DNA from: Candidatus Dojkabacteria bacterium
GTDB taxonomy: Bacteria; Patescibacteriota; Dojkabacteria; SC72
Direction: 5' to 3'
DNA: 64,000 nt
NCBI GenBank assembly: GCA_012842045.1
Contig: DUTP01000006.1
Location: 10,979 to 74,978, forward strand
Shown here: piece by piece, positions 1 to 8,368 of the stretch
Layout: the number at the start of each line of letters is the position of its first letter
How positions within the stretch are numbered: position 1 is the stretch's first letter
Position numbers and translations under genes: made by a program
Notes under the pieces: generated by a model
Database searches by the model: none
Told to the model about the DNA's origin: nothing
Seen by the model: the letters and a program-made list of their open reading frames with translations, nothing else

Positions 1-332
1 TATTCAAATGGTATATTGGAGAAGACTTTGTATTTGAATTTAGGATTAGGCCATTTCAAAAAATCGGTTTCAATTATCTCAATATTTTTAGATTCTATGA
101 ACTTTTTTCTTAATTCTTCAGCAAGCGTAGAATCTAATTCTATTGCTATAATTTTATTTGCTTGTTTTGATAACTCTGCTGTAATAATGCCCTTACCTGG
201 ACCAATCTCTACTACAGTATCATCCTGTCCAATATTCGTTATGGCTATCAGAGATTTTACAAACTGTGAATCATGTAGGAAGTTTTGTGAATGCCAAAGA
301 TTTTTGTTTTCAGTTCTAGTCACTTCTGTCAT
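1..332 (-). CDS. rsmA: 16S rRNA adenine dimethyltransferase KsgA/RsmA (Erm family). N-terminal part only; the C-terminus runs off the window edge.
   Basis: The reverse-strand translation from an ATG at about 330-332 reads MTEVTRTENKNLWHSQNFLHDSQFVKSLIAITNIGQDDTVVEIGPGKGIITAELSKQANKIIAIELDSTLAEEL...FSNIPFE. It carries the NFL motif, the VVEIGPGxG SAM-binding motif and an N-I-P-F motif typical of KsgA/Erm. It is absent from the ORF track because there is no in-window stop. Confidence 0.8.
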   Translation of the reverse strand, partial: MTEVTRTENKNLWHSQNFLHDSQFVKSLIAITNIGQDDTVVEIGPGKGIITAELSKQANKIIAIELDSTLAEELRKKFIESKNIEIIETDFLKWPNPKFKYKVFSNIPFE

Positions 333-344
333 AGTTTAGTGAAG

Positions 345-896
345 TTACTTCACTGAGATGTCTAAAACAAACTCTTGATCAAAAAACACTTTTTCCTCAT
401 TTTTTGTTTCTAGATAGAGGACCTTTCTTTCTCCTGGTTTAACACCAATTTCTCTAGTATATGCTTGATTATTACTATCATTTAAAACATATTTATCTTT
501 TCCAATATTTATAGCAAGATGTGTATTTCTACTATTATTAATATATCCATAGAGAAGAACACTCCTTTCTACACTTGTTTCGTTTTTTATTTCTAAGATA
601 GGTTTAGAGTAAACTTCTTTTCCCTTTCTTTTGGAAATAGTACTAGTATATTGGTACTCTCCAAAAGGTTTTTGTTCTAAAACTTCATTTTTAAAGATAT
701 TATGTATTCCTCCTACTGCTTTAATTCGTAAACCAGTATCATCACTTGTTACACCTAGGACATCTATCTGTTTATTATCTTGTGTGATAGGGGAAAGGTT
801 TATGACTGTGAGTGTAGGGATAATGAAGAGAGCTAAGAGAACGACAATAGCTAATGGTTCTAAAAGTTGTGGTAGTAGATTTTTCTTCTTTCTCAT
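345..896 (-). CDS. Hypothetical membrane-anchored or secreted protein
   Basis: 183-aa ORF with a basic N-terminus (MRKKKNLL) followed by a hydrophobic segment. I recognised no catalytic motifs. Confidence 0.45.
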   Translation of the reverse strand: MRKKKNLLPQLLEPLAIVVLLALFIIPTLTVINLSPITQDNKQIDVLGVTSDDTGLRIKAVGGIHNIFKNEVLEQKPFGEYQYTSTISKRKGKEVYSKPILEIKNETSVERSVLLYGYINNSRNTHLAINIGKDKYVLNDSNNQAYTREIGVKPGERKVLYLETKNEEKVFFDQEFVLDISVK

Positions 897-902
897 ATGC
901 TA

Positions 903-1451
903 TTAGTAAAGTTTATCCTCTCTCGGGTATATTTTATCAATTTCTGACTCATATGTCTTGATTGTTCCCCAGATAGAGAAGACAGCTAGTACTCCAGCTA
1001 GAATACCAATCCATTGGTATGTCATACCTTGTATTGTTTGTGCAACAACAATCAAGCATGCAACGACTAGAAATGAACCCCAAATGAATATCTTTAAGAA
1101 TGAAGTATCATCCTTTGTAATCCATTTAAGAATATTAAAGTTGGTAATCTTAACAATAGTTTTAGGGTTCTGTAGACTAGATTGATAAACAGATGTTTTA
1201 ATAATGAAATACAGTGTTGGTATTGCAAGACATATCACCATGAAAAGATTGGAGTAGGAGTTTACCAAGAGTGTGGTTGAAGGGTTTGTATAGTAGAGTT
1301 GAATAGAGAATATACCTCTAATCTGATTGTCTATGAAAAAATCGAGGTGATAAACCACGTTAGCAATTATTATTCCGAGTAATTTCCCAGCTATCATTAA
1401 TATAGCTGGAGTAACAGAAATTTTAAGAATCCTTCTTAACAGTTTTGACAT
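903..1451 (-). CDS. Hypothetical polytopic membrane protein
   Basis: 182 aa with 4-5 hydrophobic helices. It overlaps the rpsT 3' end by about 29 nt, so the true start may be an internal Met. Confidence 0.4.
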   Translation of the reverse strand: MSKLLRRILKISVTPAILMIAGKLLGIIIANVVYHLDFFIDNQIRGIFSIQLYYTNPSTTLLVNSYSNLFMVICLAIPTLYFIIKTSVYQSSLQNPKTIVKITNFNILKWITKDDTSFLKIFIWGSFLVVACLIVVAQTIQGMTYQWIGILAGVLAVFSIWGTIKTYESEIDKIYPREDKLY

Positions 1452-1719
1452 CTACTTGGGCAAGTTTGTTTAAATTTTTTGTAAGTCTGGATTTTATTCT
1501 ATCAGCCTTACCTTTTTTTATAACATTCTTTTTAGATGCTTTATCAAGAACTTTGTAGACATGCTTTATATTCTTTTTCCCTTCTTCTAGACTTCCTTCT
1601 TGAACTAAAGTGTTTTGCTTTTTTGTTGCCTTTTTAATTCTATTTCGAAGCCTGTCATTAATCTCTGTTCTTCGTCTAGTTGCTCTTAGATCTTTTTTAG
1701 ATGCTTTTAAATTTGGCAT
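1423..1719 (-). CDS. rpsT: 30S ribosomal protein S20
   Basis: 98 aa, MPNLKASKKDLRATRRR...NKLA. The basic, ANIKSAKKR-like N-terminus and KLA C-terminus are characteristic of S20. Confidence 0.85.
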   Translation of the reverse strand: MPNLKASKKDLRATRRRTEINDRLRNRIKKATKKQNTLVQEGSLEEGKKNIKHVYKVLDKASKKNVIKKGKADRIKSRLTKNLNKLAQVDVKTVKKDS

Positions 1720-1789
1720 TTTATTTGTAAGTATTATTTATTAATCAAGGTATTATATACATTCTTCTGCTATTTGTAAACATTAGTTT

Positions 1790-2245
1790 TTGTGTTATCC
1801 TTTTATTATGGAAAGGAGTAGGAAAGTAAAGATTTTAATGAGTGTATTTTTTATGTTTTTTCTCTTAGGTTTTGCAATTGTTTATTTATATCTAAATAGG
1901 AGTACAGAGGAGGTGTTGGGTGTGAAGGAGGATGTTAGAGAAGAGGTTATTGAGATAAATGGAGTGCCTAAGATTGTTTCTTTACCTCCTATGTTTGCTG
2001 TTGCAGGAGAACTTTATGAGTACTTTCCTAAGGTAATGGATAGTGATACGGATATCAACAGTCTGACATTGGAACTTGTATCTGCTCCAGAGTGGCTTAG
2101 TTTAGGGTTAAATAATGTTGTGAGTGGATATGTCCCAGTAGATGCTGTAGGTTATACCGTGAATTTTGTACTAAGAGTTTCTGATGGGTATAATTCATCT
2201 GATCAGGATAATTATATTTTGATAGTTGATGCAAATGAAATTTAA
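1790..2245 (+). CDS. Small membrane-anchored protein with a putative Ig-like (He_PIG/cadherin-like) domain
   Basis: N-terminal TM (VFFMFFLLGFAIVYLYL). The segment APEWLSLGLNNVVSGYVPVDAVGYTVNFVLRVSDGYNSSDQDNYILIV resembles the 'putative Ig' surface-domain consensus. The start may instead be the internal Met at about 1808. Confidence 0.45.
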   Translation: MCYPFIMERSRKVKILMSVFFMFFLLGFAIVYLYLNRSTEEVLGVKEDVREEVIEINGVPKIVSLPPMFAVAGELYEYFPKVMDSDTDINSLTLELVSAPEWLSLGLNNVVSGYVPVDAVGYTVNFVLRVSDGYNSSDQDNYILIVDANEI

Positions 2246-2642
2246 AATTTTTGGAATGTTTTTAGGTATTGCTTTAGTTATTGTTTCTATTTCAACCTTT
2301 TTATTTTTTAAGAGTAATGTTAGAAGTTATGATTCTCTTTTTGCAAAACAAGAGGGTTGTACGCCATATAATTTGTTTGTAGAAAAGGGAGATGATGATT
2401 TTTCCGTGAGAATTAGGTGGATGACGAAAGAGAAATGTGTAGGGTTTGTTCAATACGGTTTAGATAGAGATGATTTAAATAGAATAGGATTGGATGTGGA
2501 AAACATTACAAAAGCTATCGAACATGAGGTTGTGCTCAAGAAACTTTTAGCTAAAGAAAGATATTTCTTTATTATCAATTCTGATAACAAAGGTTATGCT
2601 CGAGAGGGTGCTCCATTAGAGTTTCTTTTAGAGGATCTTTAA
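2226..2642 (+). CDS. Small membrane-anchored protein with a purple-acid-phosphatase-N / FN3-like domain
   Basis: N-terminal TM. FSVRIRWMTKEKCVGFVQYG...HEVVLKKLLAKERYFFIINS matches the (R)W-T..-V-YG...H-V-L-L-P-T-Y-Y pattern of the Pur_ac_phosph_N/FN3 fold. It is paralogous to the two domains in the 43900-45915 protein. Confidence 0.45.
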   Translation: MMQMKFKIFGMFLGIALVIVSISTFLFFKSNVRSYDSLFAKQEGCTPYNLFVEKGDDDFSVRIRWMTKEKCVGFVQYGLDRDDLNRIGLDVENITKAIEHEVVLKKLLAKERYFFIINSDNKGYAREGAPLEFLLEDL

Positions 2643-4411
2643 TCTACTTTTTTATCACTTTTTTTAACAATAATTTCTTCAAAGTACTTCTTTGGTTTGA
2701 AAATCTTCCATACACCCATCTCAGCACCCTTATAAGCTTCTGATTCTACGAGTTTTTTGATGAAGATTTGTCCAAATGGCTTTGTATAAATATACCAGCC
2801 AAGGAATAAAATGAGTATACCTAAAGTTACTTGTACGATAACATTATCTAAAATACCTGCCTCTGGTGTTGCGGCTGCCTTATCTTTATCACTAGGTGCG
2901 CAGGACTGTACGACATTGATAGTAGAGGAAGCTCTTAAAGTATTTGGTGATACAGGAACTTGTTCTGGCTCTATTACAACTTCATTCGTATTCTCTCCAG
3001 TCAGGGCATTTTCTCCAGCAATCGCTTTAAATGTTAGAACCATTTGTTCTGAAGACTTTATATTCCATCCCCCTTGTACTTTCCATGCTAATTCTTCCGT
3101 GTCTCCTATTTTATTTGTCTGAATGTAGTTATCATCTGTTATTTCAATATCATTGATTTTTGTTGAGTTCTCTAAATAGAGGAAACCCAAAGGTAATTTG
3201 TTTTTAATAGATAGTATTTTTTGAGGAAGAGATGCATTATTCTTTATTGCAATAATGAACGACACTGTATTATTTGGTTGAACTCTGTCAATACACTCGG
3301 CTTCGCTGCTTATTGTTATGGCAAAGTTAGATTCGACATCTTCGTCTGATGGTTTATCAGGTTGTTCTGGAGGTAATTCAGTCTCTTTCTTTGTAAAAGT
3401 TACATTTGTAGATGCTTTCCCGAGGGAATTTTCTCCATCTAAAACTTCTGCACTGACTTTTAATTCTCCGAAATATGTATCAAATTGAGAGAAACTTAAA
3501 TTCTCTGTGTAGTTTTCATTATTGTAAAGTTCTTGTTCGAGTATTGATATATTCCCTTTGTCTTTATCTACCACAAAGCCTTTATTCATTGATAATTTGG
3601 AGAATGTGTCTCCTCCAAAGGAGAAAATTATACTTGTATTTTCACCCTCTTCTATGTTGGCAATTCTTATGGTAGCTTTTGATATCTTAGTTGTATCATC
3701 TTCTTCTATTCGTTTTTCTATTAAAAGACTTGTTACATCAGAAGAACCACTCTGTGCAACAGTGAGTAATCTTTTACAGAGTATAGAGTTAATCTTCTCT
3801 CCAGTTTCATCTTCTGCTATTGCTACTATGTCCAATGCTGGAGTTGTAAAATTAGAGAAGGTTTTTTCTATGGTGATTCCGTCTTCTGATACTGTATCTG
3901 GTTCAGCAGAAATATTGTTTAACAGGAATGTTGCGTTTTTATATGCTTTGTCAAATTTAGCGATAACTTTGATTTTATCGCTAGAGTCTATGTTTCCTGT
4001 CACAATTTTACCGGTTTCATCCGTTATTATCATCTCTGTACATCTTGTATCTTGTAATGACTGGATTGAACAGCTCAAGAAATCTTCTTGTTTTGTCGCA
4101 CTTTTAAGTTCTGTTATAGGAAGGGCACTTACTTGACATGCACTGATACAAGATTGGGTGCCCGACACTGTACTTGTTTTGAACATAAATCCTTTTCTAG
4201 GGTCACCACATTCGGGAACAACTGTAGGGTCTATGTAATAACAAGCACATTCTCTTTTTATTTCAGTTTTGACCTCTTGAGAAGGTTTTATTGCATAGAA
4301 ATATACAGCAGCTATTATTAATGCTAAACCTAAAACTCCAGCAATAATAAGAAGTGTTCTGATTAATTTGTTGGACTTTTTTGTTGTGGTAACTCTTTTA
4401 ACCTCTTCCAC
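2639..4411 (-). CDS. Large surface protein of unknown function, Cys-rich near the N-terminus, with N- and C-terminal TM segments
   Basis: 590-aa ORF. N-terminal TM (LLIIAGVLGLALIIAAVYFY), Cys-rich stretch, long Ser/Thr/Glu-rich region, C-terminal hydrophobic segment (LGILILFLGWYIY) followed by a Lys-rich tail. Confidence 0.5.
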   Translation of the reverse strand: MEEVKRVTTTKKSNKLIRTLLIIAGVLGLALIIAAVYFYAIKPSQEVKTEIKRECACYYIDPTVVPECGDPRKGFMFKTSTVSGTQSCISACQVSALPITELKSATKQEDFLSCSIQSLQDTRCTEMIITDETGKIVTGNIDSSDKIKVIAKFDKAYKNATFLLNNISAEPDTVSEDGITIEKTFSNFTTPALDIVAIAEDETGEKINSILCKRLLTVAQSGSSDVTSLLIEKRIEEDDTTKISKATIRIANIEEGENTSIIFSFGGDTFSKLSMNKGFVVDKDKGNISILEQELYNNENYTENLSFSQFDTYFGELKVSAEVLDGENSLGKASTNVTFTKKETELPPEQPDKPSDEDVESNFAITISSEAECIDRVQPNNTVSFIIAIKNNASLPQKILSIKNKLPLGFLYLENSTKINDIEITDDNYIQTNKIGDTEELAWKVQGGWNIKSSEQMVLTFKAIAGENALTGENTNEVVIEPEQVPVSPNTLRASSTINVVQSCAPSDKDKAAATPEAGILDNVIVQVTLGILILFLGWYIYTKPFGQIFIKKLVESEAYKGAEMGVWKIFKPKKYFEEIIVKKSDKKVD

Positions 4412-4498
4412 TACTTATGTGCCTTAAGTAAAATTTATAGATATCTACTTAATAGAGTTTATGTTAAGAACACTTAGGTGTCAATCTTTTATATGGTA

Positions 4499-5434
4499 CT
4501 AGAGTATTGAGGATAGTAGGGTTAATCCCAAATTAGGGTTTATTTGTCCTTTTTTAATTTGAAAATCTAGGTTTGATAGTTTGGTATATAAAGTTTTAAG
4601 TTTCTTTTTCGAATATTTTTTTGAAGAACTAATTAAAGATGGGACAGTGAAAGGGGGAACCTTTAAAGTTTTAGCAATGTTTCCAGATTCTTCTCTCTCC
4701 TCTAGGAGATATTTAGTTAAGGTGATTAGGCGTACATTTCTTGTAATCATAGAGATTATATAGTTTGCATCTACGGATTGGGAAATTAACCTTTCTAAGA
4801 TTTCTACACTGTATTTTGTGTCTCCTGTATTAATAGCGTCTATGAGATTCCAAATATCACTTTCTAAGGTGTTGGATACAAGTGAGAGAACATCTTGCCT
4901 AGTTATCGTATTGTCTTCAATTATTAATTTCATTTTTTCAATTTCATTACTACATCTCTCAGGGTCATAATTTGTTCTTTCGGCTAAAGCTCTTACGGCA
5001 TCTTTCTCGATGGTGATACCTTCCTCTTCTAATTCGTTTTTCATCCATGTTAAGAAAGTTCTTTTGTTTAGTTCTTTACTTTCTACAACCCTCTTTTCTT
5101 TATTAAAGAACTTGTAGTACTTAGTATTTGCTTTGATTTTTTGATCTTCCCAGAAGACTATTGTGTCTGATGAGGTGTTTGTTTCCAGAAGTAAGAAAAT
5201 TTCTTCAAGAAGTTTTTCTCTTTCTTTGTTTCTATATGTTCTTTTTAGTAGTAGTATCCTACTTGATGTAAAAAGAGTAGGGGATGCGAGTGTATCTATT
5301 AATACTTGGGCTGAAGTGTTCTCTGCATCAATGACAACAACTTCTGTTGTGTCATCCTTATTCTCTTTAATCTTTTGATTTACAGATTTAAGAGAAAGAT
5401 ATGTAGAATTACCATGATAGAGTATATATCTCAT
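4499..5434 (-). CDS. holA: DNA polymerase III delta subunit
   Basis: 311 aa. Overall length and pattern (LYHGN... ILLLKRTY, NEIEKMKLI, C-terminal helical domain) fit HolA. Sequence conservation in this family is weak. Confidence 0.55.
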   Translation of the reverse strand: MRYILYHGNSTYLSLKSVNQKIKENKDDTTEVVVIDAENTSAQVLIDTLASPTLFTSSRILLLKRTYRNKEREKLLEEIFLLLETNTSSDTIVFWEDQKIKANTKYYKFFNKEKRVVESKELNKRTFLTWMKNELEEEGITIEKDAVRALAERTNYDPERCSNEIEKMKLIIEDNTITRQDVLSLVSNTLESDIWNLIDAINTGDTKYSVEILERLISQSVDANYIISMITRNVRLITLTKYLLEEREESGNIAKTLKVPPFTVPSLISSSKKYSKKKLKTLYTKLSNLDFQIKKGQINPNLGLTLLSSIL

Positions 5435-5454
5435 TCTCTTACCTTAAGACTTAT

Positions 5455-6891
5455 TTAATTTCCCTCTGTTTCTGTCTTTTCTATCTCTTTGCCAAGAAGG
5501 ATTATGATTGCATCAGGATTTAGATTGTTTTTAACAAAATCAGGTTTCTCTTTGTTTTCTGTTTTAAGATATTGGGCAAAATCGTTAACACTTTCTTTGT
5601 ACTTATTATTATCAGAGTAAACATAATTACCTTCTTGATCTTTTAGTATGGATCTCGATTGTATGATATTTATATATGGATAGTGTTGTTTTATCTCCTT
5701 AACTTTTTCTGTAGTTTCTTTATAACCAATTCCAATGTCATAAACAAAGACTCTTGGATTATTTGAGTAAAGATAAGGTTTCTTCATAGCTAGTTGTATG
5801 TATTCATGTATTTTGTCATATTTTCCTAAGCCTTCTTTGGGACCAATCGCAAAGGCTCCTGATGGTACAAAGACTTTTTCTACCAGTTGTCCACCTCCTG
5901 CTAGTGGGTCTAATACAAAGGAGTATGACTTTCCATTTTCCTCATTAAACTTTTTTAGTAAGTCTAATCCTGCTTGTACGTCTGTTACTGTAAATTCTGA
6001 TATTTTAATATTGTTAACAATAGAAGAGAGCATGTCTATCAATATTTTAGGGTCATTAAGTGCATCGCTTTGAGATATTTTATTTTGTATAGCTATAATG
6101 ACCTTTTGTTGTCTTCTAGCTCTAGCATAGTCACTCCCTTCATTATTCTGCATAGAGTGTCTAGATCTTGCGTATTCTAAGGCTGTTTTTCCATCCATAA
6201 CTTGAGGTCCGGCTTGGAAACTTACTGTTTTATACTTCACACCACTTGGATATCTGTAATCAGTGAAGCTATTCTCTACATTGACATTTACACCACCTAG
6301 TGCATCTATAATTTCTTCAAATGCTTTAAAATCAACAAGAGCGTGATATTGTATTTCTAAACCTGTAACTTCTTTTACACTTCTCTTTAATCCTTCAAAA
6401 CCTCCTCCATCTTTCTGCTTTCTCTCCTCTCGTGCATATACAGAGTTGATTCTTTGAAAATGTCTTGTTTGTTTATCAACTTCTACATGGAAATCTCTTG
6501 GAATAGATATTAATTGCATATTGTTTGTTTCGTAGTTATAGGAAGCTACCATAATAGTATCCGTATTCGAGATATCATCTCCTTTTCTACTATCCACTCC
6601 AACTAAAAGCACACTTGTGTATTGCCCTTTAGAATCTTTTTCTAACTCAGGTGTTTTGTTAGAGATTAATGATGCTGCATTGAACTTAAAACCGACCTTT
6701 TCTGAAATGATATATCCCTTCCAAATGGCAAAACTAATTCCTCCTAAAAACAAAAAGAGTAAAAAGAAGATGAAGAACCTAAGAAAACCTTTTTTCTTTT
6801 TCCTAGGCTTATTTACAACAATCTCCTCTCTTGTTTTTTCAATAGGAGGTGTCTCTATATCTCCATTGTTTAAATCTATATCTAGAACCAT
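5455..6891 (-). CDS. LytR-CpsA-Psr (LCP) family cell-envelope polymer transferase
   Basis: N-terminal TM, then LLVGVDSRKGDDISNTDTIMVASYN...LISIPRDFHV, which is the canonical LCP core. Long C-terminal extension. Confidence 0.75.
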   Translation of the reverse strand: MVLDIDLNNGDIETPPIEKTREEIVVNKPRKKKKGFLRFFIFFLLFLFLGGISFAIWKGYIISEKVGFKFNAASLISNKTPELEKDSKGQYTSVLLVGVDSRKGDDISNTDTIMVASYNYETNNMQLISIPRDFHVEVDKQTRHFQRINSVYAREERKQKDGGGFEGLKRSVKEVTGLEIQYHALVDFKAFEEIIDALGGVNVNVENSFTDYRYPSGVKYKTVSFQAGPQVMDGKTALEYARSRHSMQNNEGSDYARARRQQKVIIAIQNKISQSDALNDPKILIDMLSSIVNNIKISEFTVTDVQAGLDLLKKFNEENGKSYSFVLDPLAGGGQLVEKVFVPSGAFAIGPKEGLGKYDKIHEYIQLAMKKPYLYSNNPRVFVYDIGIGYKETTEKVKEIKQHYPYINIIQSRSILKDQEGNYVYSDNNKYKESVNDFAQYLKTENKEKPDFVKNNLNPDAIIILLGKEIEKTETEGN

Positions 6892-6894
6892 ACT

Positions 6895-7917
6895 TTACTT
6901 AAGATATGTATTAATATTATTATGATGTTCTGTGAGTGTTTTTGCATATCTAGCAACACCATCTTTGCCGTGAATATAGAAATAATAGTCGGTTTCTTCA
7001 GGGTTTAGAGTTGCATCAATTGCTTGGTGTCCAGGGTTGGAGATAGGAGTTGGTGGTAAACCAATTTTCTTGTAAGAGTTGTAAGGATTATCTACTTGTA
7101 AATCTTGTTCCGTGATGACATGTTTCCAATCTTTTAGGGGATAGAGAAGTGTTGCATCTGCTTGTAGAAGCCAACCTTCCTTTATTCTTTTCTGTAGAAT
7201 TCCTGCAATAATAGGTCTGTCTTCAGAATTTCTTCCTTCTCTCTCTACAATGCTTGCCATTATGATATCTTCATATGTATATTCGTCATATTTAGCATCA
7301 ATTTTCTGTTTGAAGGTATTAACAAGTAGCTTTATAACACTCTCTGTTGTACTGTTTGGAGCAAGAGCATATTTATCAGGATAGAGAAAACCTTCTAAAT
7401 CAGTAACTTCAAAGGGAAATTCCAAGGTCTCTATGAAAGTAGTATCTGTTGTCATTGTGAGAAAACTCTCAACAGAAAAACTTGCACTCTCTGATTTCTG
7501 CAACTCTTTTGCAATTATCTCAGCTATTTCATCTTTTCTTAATCCTTCTGGAATTGTTACCCAAATATCCTGTTCTTTAGCATTTTGAAGTGTAGTGATA
7601 AGTTCCTTGATACTTAAATTTCTAGGAATAGAGTAGGTGCCAGCTTGAAGTGTTCCTTCAAGTTTGTTTAGTTTTAGATAAACTTTTGTATATGGAAGTA
7701 ATCTTTTTTGTATAAGATTCTTTTCAACTAAGTTATCTAATATTAGATTTACACTTTCTCCAGATTTAATCTGAAAAGTTACTTTCTCTGGGTTATCACT
7801 AGCGGGCTTTTCTAATGAGTTCTTGTAGTCTAGAAGAAAAATTCCTACTAAAACAAGAAATATTATAAAGAATGCTAGAAACATTTTTATTGGAGAGGTT
7901 CTATTACTTTCTCTCAT
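6895..7917 (-). CDS. mltG: Endolytic murein transglycosylase MltG (YceG-like)
   Basis: N-terminal TM. The C-terminus GLPPTPISNPGHQAIDATLNPEETDYYFYIHGKDGVARYAKTLTEHHNNI matches the MltG signature (GLPP.PI.NPG...A.L.P...DYLYFV...H.F..T..EH). Confidence 0.85.
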   Translation of the reverse strand: MRESNRTSPIKMFLAFFIIFLVLVGIFLLDYKNSLEKPASDNPEKVTFQIKSGESVNLILDNLVEKNLIQKRLLPYTKVYLKLNKLEGTLQAGTYSIPRNLSIKELITTLQNAKEQDIWVTIPEGLRKDEIAEIIAKELQKSESASFSVESFLTMTTDTTFIETLEFPFEVTDLEGFLYPDKYALAPNSTTESVIKLLVNTFKQKIDAKYDEYTYEDIIMASIVEREGRNSEDRPIIAGILQKRIKEGWLLQADATLLYPLKDWKHVITEQDLQVDNPYNSYKKIGLPPTPISNPGHQAIDATLNPEETDYYFYIHGKDGVARYAKTLTEHHNNINTYLK

Positions 7918-8368
7918 GTGGTTGTCTTAATGAGTTTAAATATTCTTGTAGAAAAACAGTGGCAGAGATACTGTCTATTTTCTTTCTACTTTTTCGGATA
8001 CTTTGTCCCGAAGATGTTAGCATACTTTGAGCAAGAGTTGTAGAGAAGCTTTCATCATATGTAATGATAGGTATTGTTGTAACATCCTTTATTTTATTTA
8101 TAAACATGTTTATTTTTTCTGTTGTTTTATTATGTTTCTCTGTAAATGCTTGTGGCATTCCTATTAACAATGTTTTTACTCCATACTCCTTTGCAGTCTC
8201 TAATATTTCTTCGATTATTTTATTGATATCTCTGTTTTTTGTTATAGAAATGGTATCAAGGGGTTGTGCAATTAACCCTTTATGGTCTGATACTGCTAAT
8301 CCAAAGTGTTTCTCTCCATAATCTATTGCTAGAATAGGGTGTTTTACTTCCATAAAATTCTTACTCAA
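7904..8368 (-). CDS. ruvX: Holliday-junction resolvase-like RNase RuvX/YqgF
   Basis: ILAIDYGEKHFGLAVSD... matches the RuvX N-terminal motif. It sits in the conserved alaS-yqgF position. The likely start is the MEVKH Met, a few codons in. Confidence 0.75.
   Translation of the reverse strand: MSKNFMEVKHPILAIDYGEKHFGLAVSDHKGLIAQPLDTISITKNRDINKIIEEILETAKEYGVKTLLIGMPQAFTEKHNKTTEKINMFINKIKDVTTIPIITYDESFSTTLAQSMLTSSGQSIRKSRKKIDSISATVFLQEYLNSLRQPHERK

Noticed and set aside
16-339. 107-aa + strand ORF at the window start
   Set aside because: It is the antisense shadow of the clearly conserved minus-strand ksgA/rsmA N-terminus (VVEIGPGKG motif). It has no motifs of its own.
3558-4136. 192-aa + strand ORF inside the 2639-4411 minus-strand gene
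   Set aside because: It is embedded entirely within a longer ORF on the opposite strand. The Ser/Leu-rich low-complexity translation is typical of shadow ORFs in AT-rich DNA.
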